DNA of 64,000 nucleotides from Candidatus Woesearchaeota archaeon (GTDB lineage: Archaea > Nanobdellota > Nanobdellia > Woesearchaeales > DSVV01): assembly GCA_016192995.1 (NCBI GenBank), contig JACPTB010000002.1, positions 98,283 to 162,282 on the forward strand. The letters are read 5' to 3'. This document shows positions 8,867 to 18,394 of this stretch, in pieces. Both the position numbers and the translations under genes were made by a program. Each line of letters begins with the position of its first letter. The first letter of the stretch is position 1. Below the pieces are notes generated by a model. It ran no database searches, was not told the origin of the DNA, and saw nothing but the letters and a program-made list of their open reading frames with translations.

Positions 8867-10038
8867 AACTCAAACAATTAACACCTGAAGTTGTAAAAAA
8901 TAAAACAGTTATTCTAAGAACAGGATTTGATGTGCCTTTAGAACATAAAAAAATCCTGGATGATAGCCGAATTAAAGATGCGCTCCCGACAATTAATTTT
9001 CTTCTTGAAAACAATTGTAAAATAATAATTTTAACCCATCTTCATCGCCCTGAAGGAAAAGTAGTTGAAGCATTGCGCCTTGATCCTATAGCTAAAAGGC
9101 TTGAAGAGTTGACAAAAACAAAAGTGAAAAAACTTAATTATATTGTAGGCGCTGAAACCGAGATAAGAAAATTGCAGCAAAAAGAAATACTGATGCTTGA
9201 AAACATCCGCTTTTTACCTGAAGAGGAAGACAACGATGAAGTAAAAAGGGATAGATTAGCAAAATTGCTTGGCCATTATGGGCAACTCTATATTAATGAA
9301 GCATTTTCTGATTGCCACCGCAGCCATGCTTCAATAACAAGCCTTCCTAAATTCCTTCCTGCGTATCCAGGATTTAGCCTAAAGCATGAAGTAGAAACTA
9401 TTCAAAAAATATTGAAAAAAGCACAGAAACCATTTGTTCTCATTCTTGGCGGCGCCAAACTTAAAACAAAAATACCGTTGATCGAACATCTCTTGCCAAA
9501 AGTATCAAAGATATTACTGGGAGGAGCAATGATATTTACCTTTTATGCTGCAAAAGAAATCAACACAGGAAAATCATTAGTTGAATATGATGAAATTGAG
9601 GAAGCAACAAAAATAATGAAAAAAGCAAAAGGTAAATTAGTGCTCCCAGTTGATATTATAGCTGCAACTAAGATTGACAAATATGCTAAAACTATGGAAG
9701 TACACTATAATAAAATGCCAAGTTCGATGATTGGAGTTGATATTGGCCATGTAACTATTTCTCATTACAAACAGTATATAAAACAGGCAAAAACAATTTT
9801 ATGGAACGGACCATTGGGAATATATGAAATTAAAAAATTCAGGCAAGGAACTGAAGACCTAGCAAATTATCTTGCACAACTAAAGGCAACAAAAATTATT
9901 GGAGGCGGAGACACAGGAGATATAATTCATGATCTGAAACTTGAAGATAAGATGACCTTTGTAGCAACAGGCGGCGGAGCTTCATTAGCATTATTTTCAG
10001 GAAAAATATTGCCAGGTTTGAAACCACTCAGTGACTAA
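8863..10038 (+). CDS. pgk: phosphoglycerate kinase
   Basis: 391 aa; N-terminal RTGFDVPL, C-terminal ATGGGASLALFSGKILPG hinge motif; overlaps gap stop by 4 nt (operon). Confidence 0.85.
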   Translation: MKLKQLTPEVVKNKTVILRTGFDVPLEHKKILDDSRIKDALPTINFLLENNCKIIILTHLHRPEGKVVEALRLDPIAKRLEELTKTKVKKLNYIVGAETEIRKLQQKEILMLENIRFLPEEEDNDEVKRDRLAKLLGHYGQLYINEAFSDCHRSHASITSLPKFLPAYPGFSLKHEVETIQKILKKAQKPFVLILGGAKLKTKIPLIEHLLPKVSKILLGGAMIFTFYAAKEINTGKSLVEYDEIEEATKIMKKAKGKLVLPVDIIAATKIDKYAKTMEVHYNKMPSSMIGVDIGHVTISHYKQYIKQAKTILWNGPLGIYEIKKFRQGTEDLANYLAQLKATKIIGGGDTGDIIHDLKLEDKMTFVATGGGASLALFSGKILPGLKPLSD

Positions 10039-10138
10039 TTCTCGATAGAAATTATTTAATGAATAATAAAGTATTTAAAGTAAATTACTACCCCACAATC
10101 ATAGAAAAAATAGAATGAGTTGGGGTGTTTAAAGAGTT

Positions 10139-11269
10139 ATGAAATCGCAACAAACTATTGTGCTTCTTGATGCGCAGTTGAAAAATGCATTTAAAGCAGT
10201 AAAACAGGATATTTCTCGTTTAGATAAAAAGGTAGACTCAACAAGATATGATGAAGTGAAAACTGAAATAAATAAAGTTCATACGATCGTAGATAATGAA
10301 TTAAAAAAATTAAAAGAACAATTAAAAAACTTGAAAAAAGAATTAAAGGAAAATTTCAAAGAGATCACTAACAAAGTAAAAAATGAGAGCGCTACAAAAA
10401 ATGATATTGCATCATTAGAAAATGAATTAGAAGAATATGCCATTAAAGTGAAGAAGAATTTTATTAAAGCTGCAGATAAATTCAAAGAAGTGGAGAGCAA
10501 TACAATCGAACTCGATGAAGTAAAGGCTGCATTTTTAACCAAAGAAACAGTGGAAAAACAATTAGAAAGCCTTAAAGAAAGCTTAATGCAGGATAGAGAA
10601 AAAGAAATAAATAATGTAAAAAAACAGGTTGATAAAGCCACCAGTGATTTTCACGATAAAGTGAATGGTATGCAGAAAGAACTTGATGACGTGCATGATA
10701 AAGTAACAACACTTTCAAAAAGAGCAGAAGTTCTTGTTCATAAAGAAGAGTTAGCAAAGGCAAGTGAAAACTTCATTGAAATTGACGAATTTAATAAAAT
10801 TCTTGATAATATAGAAACATTGAAGAAAGAATTCTATGAAAAACCTGAAGAAACAACAACAAAAGAAAAAGATGAATTGTTCAAACGACAAATGGAAAAA
10901 ACAGCTAATGATATTCATGATAAAGTTAATAATCTAAGAAAAGAACTTGATAGTGTGCATGAAAAAGTAACAAAAGTTCAAGAAAAGATGGAAAAAACAA
11001 TAGATCAAGAAGAGCTGTTAAAAATAAGTAGGGGCTTTGTAAATATTGAAGAACATAACAAAGTGCATGAAAAGATTGATGCAGTGAAAGAAATGCTGAA
11101 TACAGTTCAATTCTCAGATACTGAAGTAAAAAAACTCCGTTCAAATGTTGATAAAATAATTCTTGCACTTGTTCCAAAGAAAGAGCATGATAAAAGCATG
11201 GAGAATATTCATAAAAAACTTCAAAGCTTAAAAGAAGATATTGACGAAATAGATAAAAAAGTGAAATAA
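10139..11269 (+). CDS. coiled-coil protein with two ~100-aa internal repeats
   Basis: 376 aa K/E-rich heptad-like sequence; repeated block HDKVNxxxKELDxVHxKVT...FxEIDEFNKI / FVNIEEHNKVHEKI. Confidence 0.5.
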   Translation: MKSQQTIVLLDAQLKNAFKAVKQDISRLDKKVDSTRYDEVKTEINKVHTIVDNELKKLKEQLKNLKKELKENFKEITNKVKNESATKNDIASLENELEEYAIKVKKNFIKAADKFKEVESNTIELDEVKAAFLTKETVEKQLESLKESLMQDREKEINNVKKQVDKATSDFHDKVNGMQKELDDVHDKVTTLSKRAEVLVHKEELAKASENFIEIDEFNKILDNIETLKKEFYEKPEETTTKEKDELFKRQMEKTANDIHDKVNNLRKELDSVHEKVTKVQEKMEKTIDQEELLKISRGFVNIEEHNKVHEKIDAVKEMLNTVQFSDTEVKKLRSNVDKIILALVPKKEHDKSMENIHKKLQSLKEDIDEIDKKVK

Positions 11270-11280
11270 ATAATTTTTAA

Positions 11281-11820
11281 TTAAAACATGTTTTCTTTTA
11301 TTTTCAGACTATAACCAATATAATTGGTTATAAGATGCAATATTCCAAAAAAAACTATGGAAAATCCTATAAACACATAATCTATGCTTTGTACCATTAC
11401 AGAAAACACAATGCTTGCACCCAAAATCCAATCAATTTGATCAAATACCCACCATGATTTTCCAGGGGGAATATTCTGTCTTCGTTTAAAAAAACTCTTA
11501 ATAAGATCTCCTCCTAAAGCACCAGCTCCTAGCAGTGCTCCAACAAGAGCTAAGTGATCCTGATTGAAATTAACAGTAATGCCTAAGCTCTCTGGAGAAA
11601 CAAGATAATATTCAATATAAATAGCTGCAATTGCACCCAAAATACCAAAAAATATTCCGCGCCAAGTTTTGTTTTCGCCAAAAATTGGTTTCCCCTTAAT
11701 AGTTAAGCCAAAATCAATAGGTTTTCGCAAGAATCGAATATCTTTAACAAATACTGGAACCATATTAGCTACAGCAGCTGGAAAAAAAATAAACAATGAC
11801 TGAAGTACAAGTTGAAGCAT
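11281..11820 (-). CDS. carS: CDP-archaeol synthase (CarS, DUF46 family)
   Basis: motifs FGENKTWRG, GDLIKSFFKRR, GKSWWVFDQID characteristic of CarS; ORF-track start at 12084 runs antisense through a MITE, so start trimmed to Met at 11820. Confidence 0.6.
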   Translation of the reverse strand: MLQLVLQSLFIFFPAAVANMVPVFVKDIRFLRKPIDFGLTIKGKPIFGENKTWRGIFFGILGAIAAIYIEYYLVSPESLGITVNFNQDHLALVGALLGAGALGGDLIKSFFKRRQNIPPGKSWWVFDQIDWILGASIVFSVMVQSIDYVFIGFSIVFFGILHLITNYIGYSLKIKENMF

Positions 11821-11864
11821 AAATTTACTTAAGGAATAATACTTTATAAAGATTTCCACAAAAA

Positions 11865-12021
11865 GTATGTAATAAGTCTTGTATGGTTTTAGCGCCAGTT
11901 CAGCTTTTGAAGTGTGTTTCAATTGGATTTTTCTCTCTGGAACTCCGAAAAATCCCCAAAATGTATTTAAGAAGAGCTTCACAAAAGTAGGCGCTAAAAC
12001 CCCAGACGACTTATTACATAC
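11865..12021 (-). mobile_element. MITE-like element, family 2, copy B (157 bp) with TIR and 7-bp TSD
   Basis: TIR GTATGTAATAAGTC / GACTTATTACATAC; flanked by CACAAAA on both sides (11857-11863 and 12022-12028); core hairpin 11925-11955. Confidence 0.75.
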
Positions 12022-12058
12022 CACAAAATATATTAACATTATTAAAAAAAGTAGGAAT

Positions 12059-13177
12059 ATGAACATCGTTGTTGTTACTGACACATTTCTCCCTGAAATA
12101 AATGGTGCAACTATAGCCCTCTACCGGCAATACAATGAGCTTGCTGAAAAACATCATATCCTCATCATCTGCCCTTCATACCCTCACCATAACAATTCAT
12201 TAACAAAAAAAATGAAGCTCCATGAAAATATAACCGTTATGAGGTTGCCTTCATGGAGCTTGCCGTCTTACCCTGAAGTGAGAATAGTTATTCCACAACC
12301 AAGAAAAATAAAAAAAATGATGAATAAATTTAACGCTGAAGTTATACATATCCACACTCCAGGAGCTCTTGGAAGTTATATGTTTTTTAAAAAATTACCT
12401 ATTAAAAAAATAGCAACTTTTCATACCTTAGTTACAGAACAATTGCAGTATGTTTTACTCAGCAAACGATTTTTTGAATCATTGATATGGAAATTGCTCA
12501 TAAAACTCTACAATAAAGCAGATATAATCATCACACCAACAGAAACCATTAAAAAAGTTATTGTAGAAAAAGGAATCATAAAACCAATAACCGTTATTTC
12601 TAATGGAATAGTAAGGTTTAAAACAAAAAAAGAGTACACGAACAAGAACAAACTTGTCTATGTAGGAAGAGTTTCATATGAGAAAAATATTGATGTTCTT
12701 ATTAAAGCAGTAGCTTTAATAAAAAAGAAAATCCCAAATATCACATTGACGATTATTGGTGATGGACCTGATATAAAAAGATTAGAAAAAATGACTAAAG
12801 AATTAAACTTGAGAAAACATATTTTCTTTAAAAGCTGGATGGATAACGATAAACTGAATGATGAACTTATGCACTACGATATTTTTGTTACTGCTTCAAT
12901 TATGGAAACACAGGGCATTGCAATCCTTGAAGCAATGTCTGTCGGGTTGCCTATTATTGGAGCAGAAAAATATGCCATTCCTGAACTTATTAAAAATAAT
13001 GGTTATGTATTTGAACCACATAATGTTGAAGCCTGTGCAGAGACAATAATAAAATGCTTGCAAAAAGATAATCTTCAAGAACTCGGTAAAAATTCAATTA
13101 AAATCGCAAAAGAACATAGCATTGATAAAACCTTAGAAAAGCTAGAAAAACTTTACCGTGAACAATGTCTTTGCTGA
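12059..13177 (+). CDS. glycosyltransferase family 4 (GT-B)
   Basis: C-terminal ETQGIAILEAMSVGLPIIG GT4 signature; start moved to ATG 12059 (MNIVVVTDTF) because upstream 60 codons are MITE-encoded. Confidence 0.75.
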   Translation: MNIVVVTDTFLPEINGATIALYRQYNELAEKHHILIICPSYPHHNNSLTKKMKLHENITVMRLPSWSLPSYPEVRIVIPQPRKIKKMMNKFNAEVIHIHTPGALGSYMFFKKLPIKKIATFHTLVTEQLQYVLLSKRFFESLIWKLLIKLYNKADIIITPTETIKKVIVEKGIIKPITVISNGIVRFKTKKEYTNKNKLVYVGRVSYEKNIDVLIKAVALIKKKIPNITLTIIGDGPDIKRLEKMTKELNLRKHIFFKSWMDNDKLNDELMHYDIFVTASIMETQGIAILEAMSVGLPIIGAEKYAIPELIKNNGYVFEPHNVEACAETIIKCLQKDNLQELGKNSIKIAKEHSIDKTLEKLEKLYREQCLC

Positions 13178-14052
13178 TCAAACTCACATGATTCCTTAGT
13201 AATAGGAAATTTCCTTTTTTTATCATTGACAAAAACTTCAATAATCTTATTCATTTCATCGGGATAGCGTAAAGGTATTAGATGATCAGCTTCCGGTATA
13301 ACATGAACTTTGCTGTGAAGTAAATAGGTTGCTAATTCATAACTTGCTTTTTTAGTGACAACAAAATCCTTTCCGCCAACAAGCAATAAAGTTGGTTTTT
13401 TAATCTTATGCAGATGCTCCTTCATATCATAAAAAAACATACTCATAACGCTCCAAAAATAAGAATAAAGAGGGCTGACTTTAAGATCATAATACACAAT
13501 AGTAAGTGCATTGTGATGTTTGAAAAAAGAGTAATCTAAATAAGGCCATTTTCTGGAAGGAATTTTACTGGAGATATATGCAACAATATACGCAAAAAAA
13601 ACATAGAGTGGTGTTAAGAAATGAAGAAAGGGAAAGGGACTGTACCGCAAAGGATTGCGCGGAGTAGTTCCCATCAGCACTAATTTTTCTGTGCCTTTTC
13701 CAAACATTTGTTCATACGTTAAAATAACCATGCCCCCTAAAGAAATCCCAACAAGTACTACATTCTTGAGGTGTTCGTGGTCAATAATCGCTTTAAGATC
13801 ACGAGCAAAATGCTTTATTGAATAACGATGAGCCTTTCTGCATTTGTACGAATAACCATGGCCATGTAAATCAACAGCAAGAACAGTATAATTCTTTTTG
13901 CTGAAATAAGTTAAAGATCTTTTCCAAACAGTATGATTGCCGCTTAATCCATGGATAAATAATAATACTGGTTTCCCGGTTTTTCCTTGTTTTAATTTAT
14001 AATAAATGTTAGTGCTATCAAAACTTTTAATAATTTTTTCTTGCATTGTCAT
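13153..14052 (-). CDS. alpha/beta-fold hydrolase
   Basis: LLFIHGLSGNHTVW and GISLGGMV (GxSxG nucleophile elbow). Confidence 0.7.
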   Translation of the reverse strand: MTMQEKIIKSFDSTNIYYKLKQGKTGKPVLLFIHGLSGNHTVWKRSLTYFSKKNYTVLAVDLHGHGYSYKCRKAHRYSIKHFARDLKAIIDHEHLKNVVLVGISLGGMVILTYEQMFGKGTEKLVLMGTTPRNPLRYSPFPFLHFLTPLYVFFAYIVAYISSKIPSRKWPYLDYSFFKHHNALTIVYYDLKVSPLYSYFWSVMSMFFYDMKEHLHKIKKPTLLLVGGKDFVVTKKASYELATYLLHSKVHVIPEADHLIPLRYPDEMNKIIEVFVNDKKRKFPITKESCEFDQQRHCSR

Positions 14053-14064
14053 TCATCCATGAAT

Positions 14065-14487
14065 TTACCAAATAAAGTACAAAACAATTGAAACGATAAT
14101 ACCTACAAGCGCGCCTGCAAAAATCTGCAGTGGCTTATGACCTTGAATTTCATTAAACCTAACAGTATCTCTCTTCAAAACTGCTTTAGTGAGCTTATTT
14201 ATCTGTTTTCCCTGTTCACCAATTTCATACCTAATTCCTAATGAATCACGGATAATAACGACGGCAAACGCAAGAGCAATGGCAAACGCTGTCGTTACAC
14301 CTTCAGTGAGATATATAGATAAGCATAGTGAAACTGCTGGCGCTGTATGCGAACTTGGCATTCCCCCTGGCTTAAAAAAAGCTGCAAGAGAAAAATCTTT
14401 TTGCAACATCATTTTAATAAATTGGCTGAGAGAAAAACTAATCAACAACCCCCATATAATTTGATTGGTAAAAATATCTTGAACCAT
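14065..14487 (-). CDS. divergent PAP2-family membrane protein (DUF212)
   Basis: GGMPSSHTA signature, 140 aa, 3-4 TM. Confidence 0.55.
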   Translation of the reverse strand: MVQDIFTNQIIWGLLISFSLSQFIKMMLQKDFSLAAFFKPGGMPSSHTAPAVSLCLSIYLTEGVTTAFAIALAFAVVIIRDSLGIRYEIGEQGKQINKLTKAVLKRDTVRFNEIQGHKPLQIFAGALVGIIVSIVLYFIW

Positions 14488-14496
14488 AACTGCACC

Positions 14497-14991
14497 TTAT
14501 AGTTTTTTAAATCTAAATGTCGCTATCATTAAGAGTGATGAAAACAAGTAAACTAAAACCATATAATTATTGAAAGGAACTAAAAAATACAAAACACCAT
14601 ATAAAAAAGTATGCGTAATAGGCAAACCTTCAAAATCTTTTGATTCTGTTATCATAAATCTTGCTAATCGCAATGCTCCGCAGGACACAAACACCACAAG
14701 GACCACTACCGCATACCATGTTTGCAATCCTAAGCCATACCCTAACACTGCAGGCGCCAGACCAAATGAAACAAGATCAGATAGCGAATCTAAGTATTTG
14801 CCTAACAGATTCTCTGTTTTAGTAAGACGTGCAATTCTTCCATCTAGAAAATCAAATAAAGCTGAAGCTATAAGCAACAATGCTGCTAAAGTAAAATAAT
14901 GGCTCAACGTGAAAAGAATACTTAAACTTCCTGAAATAAGATTACCTAAAGTAACATAATCCGCAAGTTTTAAGGTTTTGATAATATTCAT
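14497..14991 (-). CDS. CDP-alcohol phosphatidyltransferase, short form (archaetidylserine synthase-like)
   Basis: DGx2ARx8Gx3Dx3D motif: DFLDGRIARLTKTENLLGKYLDSLSD; adjacent to psd. Confidence 0.65.
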   Translation of the reverse strand: MNIIKTLKLADYVTLGNLISGSLSILFTLSHYFTLAALLLIASALFDFLDGRIARLTKTENLLGKYLDSLSDLVSFGLAPAVLGYGLGLQTWYAVVVLVVFVSCGALRLARFMITESKDFEGLPITHTFLYGVLYFLVPFNNYMVLVYLFSSLLMIATFRFKKL

Positions 14992-15618
14992 TTAAAATCT
15001 CCCTATAATAGTTGAACCACCATAAACATAATCTCCAAGTTTTATAGCAAGCTTTATGTTTGACACAATAAGTATAACTTGGCTGCCTAATTTAATGACA
15101 CCAATCTGCTCGCCTTTAAGAACTTTTTCGTCTTTTTTAACAAAACAATGAATTCGTCTTGCCAAAAATCCTGCCACTTGAATCATTTTCACGGTTATTT
15201 TTTGTTTTGTGTTAGTAATAAGAACTTCATTTTTTTCATTTTCCAAAACATCAAGGCTTTGGGTAGAAACAGCATTCATAAACTTGCCTTTTTGATAGGA
15301 GATATTTTTTACAATTCCTTCAATAGGTGATCGCTGATAATGAACATCCAAAGGTGTCATCATGATCTGAATGATATAACCTTCTTTGCCTACTTCTTTA
15401 GTGGAAGTCTTTATGGTGCCAACACCTTTTTTGAGCTTAACCTTTTCATTATGAAATTCAAATATGTTGATAATCTTTCCATCAGTGGGACTAACAATAA
15501 CCTTCGGATCTGCAGGAATCTCTCTTACTGGATTACGTAGAAACCAGAGATAATAATAGAAGAGTAATAATAAGACAATTCCTGCTATTATCCCTAATAC
15601 AGTATAAAGCCACCACAT
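14992..15618 (-). CDS. psd: phosphatidylserine (archaetidylserine) decarboxylase proenzyme
   Basis: 208 aa; C-terminal YGGSTIIGRF with GST self-cleavage site; operon with CDP-alcohol phosphatidyltransferase. Confidence 0.7.
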   Translation of the reverse strand: MWWLYTVLGIIAGIVLLLLFYYYLWFLRNPVREIPADPKVIVSPTDGKIINIFEFHNEKVKLKKGVGTIKTSTKEVGKEGYIIQIMMTPLDVHYQRSPIEGIVKNISYQKGKFMNAVSTQSLDVLENEKNEVLITNTKQKITVKMIQVAGFLARRIHCFVKKDEKVLKGEQIGVIKLGSQVILIVSNIKLAIKLGDYVYGGSTIIGRF

Positions 15619-15651
15619 AAACAGCTTTAATATTACTTACTTTATAAAAGT

Positions 15652-16011
15652 TTAGAGAGTAATTACTATTTTATTTTTATTTTCTGGAGTGATAGTTACT
15701 TCTGCCCCTTTAGAAAGATGAGTAAATTCAATAATTTTCTTAGGCAATCGAATATCAAGGGTATTGCCAGCTTGACCTACTTTTGTTCTTGCCTGCAATC
15801 CCCATAAACCCTTTTGTTTAGTTATTTCAGTTATTTTTCTCGATGTTTCTTCACTAAAATAAGTTTCATTGCAATGATCGCAAACAAGAGCTGGAAATGT
15901 TCCAATAGCAACACCGTAGAGGATATAATCTACTTGTTTTTCAACCATCTTATTATCGCATTCCCAGCATTTATTTTTCTCATCATTTTTTTTATTATCC
16001 ATAATCAGCAC
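15652..16011 (-). CDS. zinc-ribbon plus AbrB/SpoVT-like swapped-hairpin domain protein
   Basis: CWECDN...CDHCNE zinc ribbon; C-terminal NTLDIRLPKKIIEF...GAEVTITPENKNKIVI resembles AbrB/MazE fold. Confidence 0.4.
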   Translation of the reverse strand: MLIMDNKKNDEKNKCWECDNKMVEKQVDYILYGVAIGTFPALVCDHCNETYFSEETSRKITEITKQKGLWGLQARTKVGQAGNTLDIRLPKKIIEFTHLSKGAEVTITPENKNKIVITL

Positions 16012-16012
16012 C

Positions 16013-16213
16013 TTATTTATTCAAAAATACTGTTTTAATACGATATATATCAGCTTTTTTTTTATAAGCAACACTAAAATAAGTGTATGATACTAAAAAC
16101 CCATCTGTTTGCCGTGAAACTGAACCTTGTTTGATAGCCAGTTTAATTTGTTCTTCAGTTATTCCCCCAATCTCCATTTTTTCTTGAGCATGAATACTTA
16201 TTTGAAGTTCCAT
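16013..16213 (-). CDS. small hypothetical protein, possible toxin-like partner
   Basis: 66 aa, 1-nt spacing from downstream ORF. Confidence 0.25.
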   Translation of the reverse strand: MELQISIHAQEKMEIGGITEEQIKLAIKQGSVSRQTDGFLVSYTYFSVAYKKKADIYRIKTVFLNK

Positions 16214-16325
16214 TGGTTAACCTATAATTACAAGTAATTACTAGTATATAAAAGTTATTATTTAGATGAGGAATAATAGGAAAAACTTTAAATAGTATTA
16301 CCATAGTATAACTATTGGTGAGAAC

Positions 16326-16520
16326 ATGGAAGCTATACCTACAAAAATAACGCCTCGATTATTACAAGAAATGGATGAAATTATTGATGAAGGATGGTAT
16401 GCAAATCGTTCTGAATTAATTAGAGATGCGATTAGAGAAATAGTAAAAAAGATGAAGGCACAGCGATTAGAATCAGCCATCAAGGAAGATATTAAATGGG
16501 GCTTATATGGAGAAGATTAA
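16326..16520 (+). CDS. ribbon-helix-helix (CopG-like) antitoxin
   Basis: ITPRLLQEMDEIIDEGWYANRSELIRDAIRE matches RHH strand-helix-helix; overlaps next ORF. Confidence 0.55.
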   Translation: MEAIPTKITPRLLQEMDEIIDEGWYANRSELIRDAIREIVKKMKAQRLESAIKEDIKWGLYGED

Positions 16521-17010
16521 ACAAGCAATTCTTGATGCTGGGCCATACATTCATTTACATGAGATTAGTAGATTGAATTTTACTGATTTATTTGAAGAAA
16601 TTTTTATTACATCTGAAATTAAAGAGGAATGTAAAAGAATAGAAGAAGAAATAAATAAATTAAAAAATGTTGCTGAGAAAAATCTGACGACAAACCACAA
16701 AGATTTTGCAAAATATCTTATTGAAGGGTGGGATTTAGATTTAGGAGAAGCAACAGGACTTGCGCTTTGTAAGCAGGAAAAAGTAAAGTTTTTTTTCACC
16801 GATGATTTAGAAGCAAGACATGTTGGCAATAGCTTAGGATTTCAATGCCATGGCACTATCGCAATAATCTTGAGAAGATTAAAAAATAACATGATTGATA
16901 AAAATGAAGCAAAAAAAAGCATAGAGGCACTTTATGAAAAGTCAAGCTTATTCATCACTAGTGATTTGAAAGCGTTAGCTATCAAGGAGATAGATCTATT
17001 CAAGAGATAG
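16507..17010 (+). CDS. PIN-like domain protein (putative VapC toxin)
   Basis: N-terminal ILDAGPYIHL and C-terminal FFTDDLEARH acidic residues at PIN positions; coupled to RHH. Confidence 0.4.
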   Translation: MEKIKQAILDAGPYIHLHEISRLNFTDLFEEIFITSEIKEECKRIEEEINKLKNVAEKNLTTNHKDFAKYLIEGWDLDLGEATGLALCKQEKVKFFFTDDLEARHVGNSLGFQCHGTIAIILRRLKNNMIDKNEAKKSIEALYEKSSLFITSDLKALAIKEIDLFKR

Positions 17011-17098
17011 TTATCACTACATAATAGTTAAAATAAACAAATTTATAAGTAATGGATATATTCTAATATTTTTAGTAGATTAGATAAAAGACAATACT

Positions 17099-17239
17099 AT
17101 GAAACGCCAAATATGCATTACCTTAGATGAAGTAACTCATCACAATATTCAGAAAAGACTTCTTGGAGCTAAATATAGGAGTAAATCCCATTTCATAGAA
17201 TGCGCAGTAGAACAATTTCTCAAAGAGGCAGAAAAATGA
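17099..17239 (+). CDS. small ribbon-helix-helix protein (not in ORF track)
   Basis: 46 aa MKRQICITLDEVTHHNIQKRLLGAKYRSKSHFIECAVEQFLKEAEK; stop TGA overlaps ATG of Fic gene (ATGA). Confidence 0.5.
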   Translation: MKRQICITLDEVTHHNIQKRLLGAKYRSKSHFIECAVEQFLKEAEK

Positions 17240-18393
17240 CCGAACATTCTACCTATGAATTAGTTCCTTCTGGAGATAAAGAAAAATTAGAAGGCTGGCA
17301 AAATTATCTTGCTGATAGAGATAAAGGTGTAGAACATGCACCAAATACTGAGCAGAGATTATTATATATACATAAAGTTCTTACAGGGCATTTAGATGTA
17401 GGAATGCCACCAGCTCCTATTAGAGCTGAACAATTATACGAATTGGTAGTTACTGACAGGCCTGATGGCGAAGAGATACAAGATGCAATTGAACAAGTAT
17501 ATGGTAATGATTGGTGGAATAATGAAGCAAGTTTATTAGCAGTAAGCGAAGCTATAACTAATATTTGTAAAGACAATACTCGAGTAAAATATGAAGAAGA
17601 TTTTAGAGGAAAATTAAGAAGTTTTGGAACAAGAAGTATTAATGGCTCAACAAGTGAACCAGTATATTGGAGTCATAGCTGCGTCTATGGAGAAAATGCT
17701 CGTGAAACATTTGAAAAACGAAGATTCACTACAATAAACAATCCTGCTGTTTATTGCGGACTATCAACTGGACTTGATAAAGTCTATGCTAAAATGTGCG
17801 CAACGTATGATAGATTAAAAGAAGAAGCTCATGATTTAGACCAATTATTATTTGCAGAAGCGTTTTTACAACTAGTTGGAACAAGAATAGTTCATCCAAT
17901 AGCTGACGGTAATGGAAGAGTTTTCGCAACCCATTTAGCGCATACATTATACGAAGCAGGAATTAGAATAGATGATCATGAATCATTCAAAAGATTTTTT
18001 CCAGGATTAACATGTATTACTGATACATTTATTACCGAACATTTCTTGCCTGATTTAGGTTTAGACCTTATTTCTGGTTTGGATAACATAAGAATAAAAA
18101 CAGATCACAGATTTAGGCAGAATTATATGAGAACATTAAGAACAGGAATAGAAAGTATGATTGATGAAAACATACAACCAAATGCTCAATATCTTGATTT
18201 TATGGCAAATAATAGATGGCAGATAAAAAGAGTATTATTGCAATTGGGCTTAATAAAACCAACACCTGGAGATAAAAAAAGACTGAAAATGGAAGAAGAA
18301 ATGTTTTCAGAAATGCCTGAAAAAGAAAAAGAAGGAAAGATTATATTTGTTCCTTATCAAAGTGAAATGGAAAGATTTTCCCCGAGAGACTAA
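17236..18393 (+). CDS. Fic/Doc-family protein (putative AMPylase/toxin)
   Basis: HPIADGNGRVFATH close to Fic motif HPFx[DE]GNGRxxR (second Arg replaced); start set at ATG 17236. Confidence 0.6.
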   Translation: MTEHSTYELVPSGDKEKLEGWQNYLADRDKGVEHAPNTEQRLLYIHKVLTGHLDVGMPPAPIRAEQLYELVVTDRPDGEEIQDAIEQVYGNDWWNNEASLLAVSEAITNICKDNTRVKYEEDFRGKLRSFGTRSINGSTSEPVYWSHSCVYGENARETFEKRRFTTINNPAVYCGLSTGLDKVYAKMCATYDRLKEEAHDLDQLLFAEAFLQLVGTRIVHPIADGNGRVFATHLAHTLYEAGIRIDDHESFKRFFPGLTCITDTFITEHFLPDLGLDLISGLDNIRIKTDHRFRQNYMRTLRTGIESMIDENIQPNAQYLDFMANNRWQIKRVLLQLGLIKPTPGDKKRLKMEEEMFSEMPEKEKEGKIIFVPYQSEMERFSPRD

Positions 18394-18394
18394 A

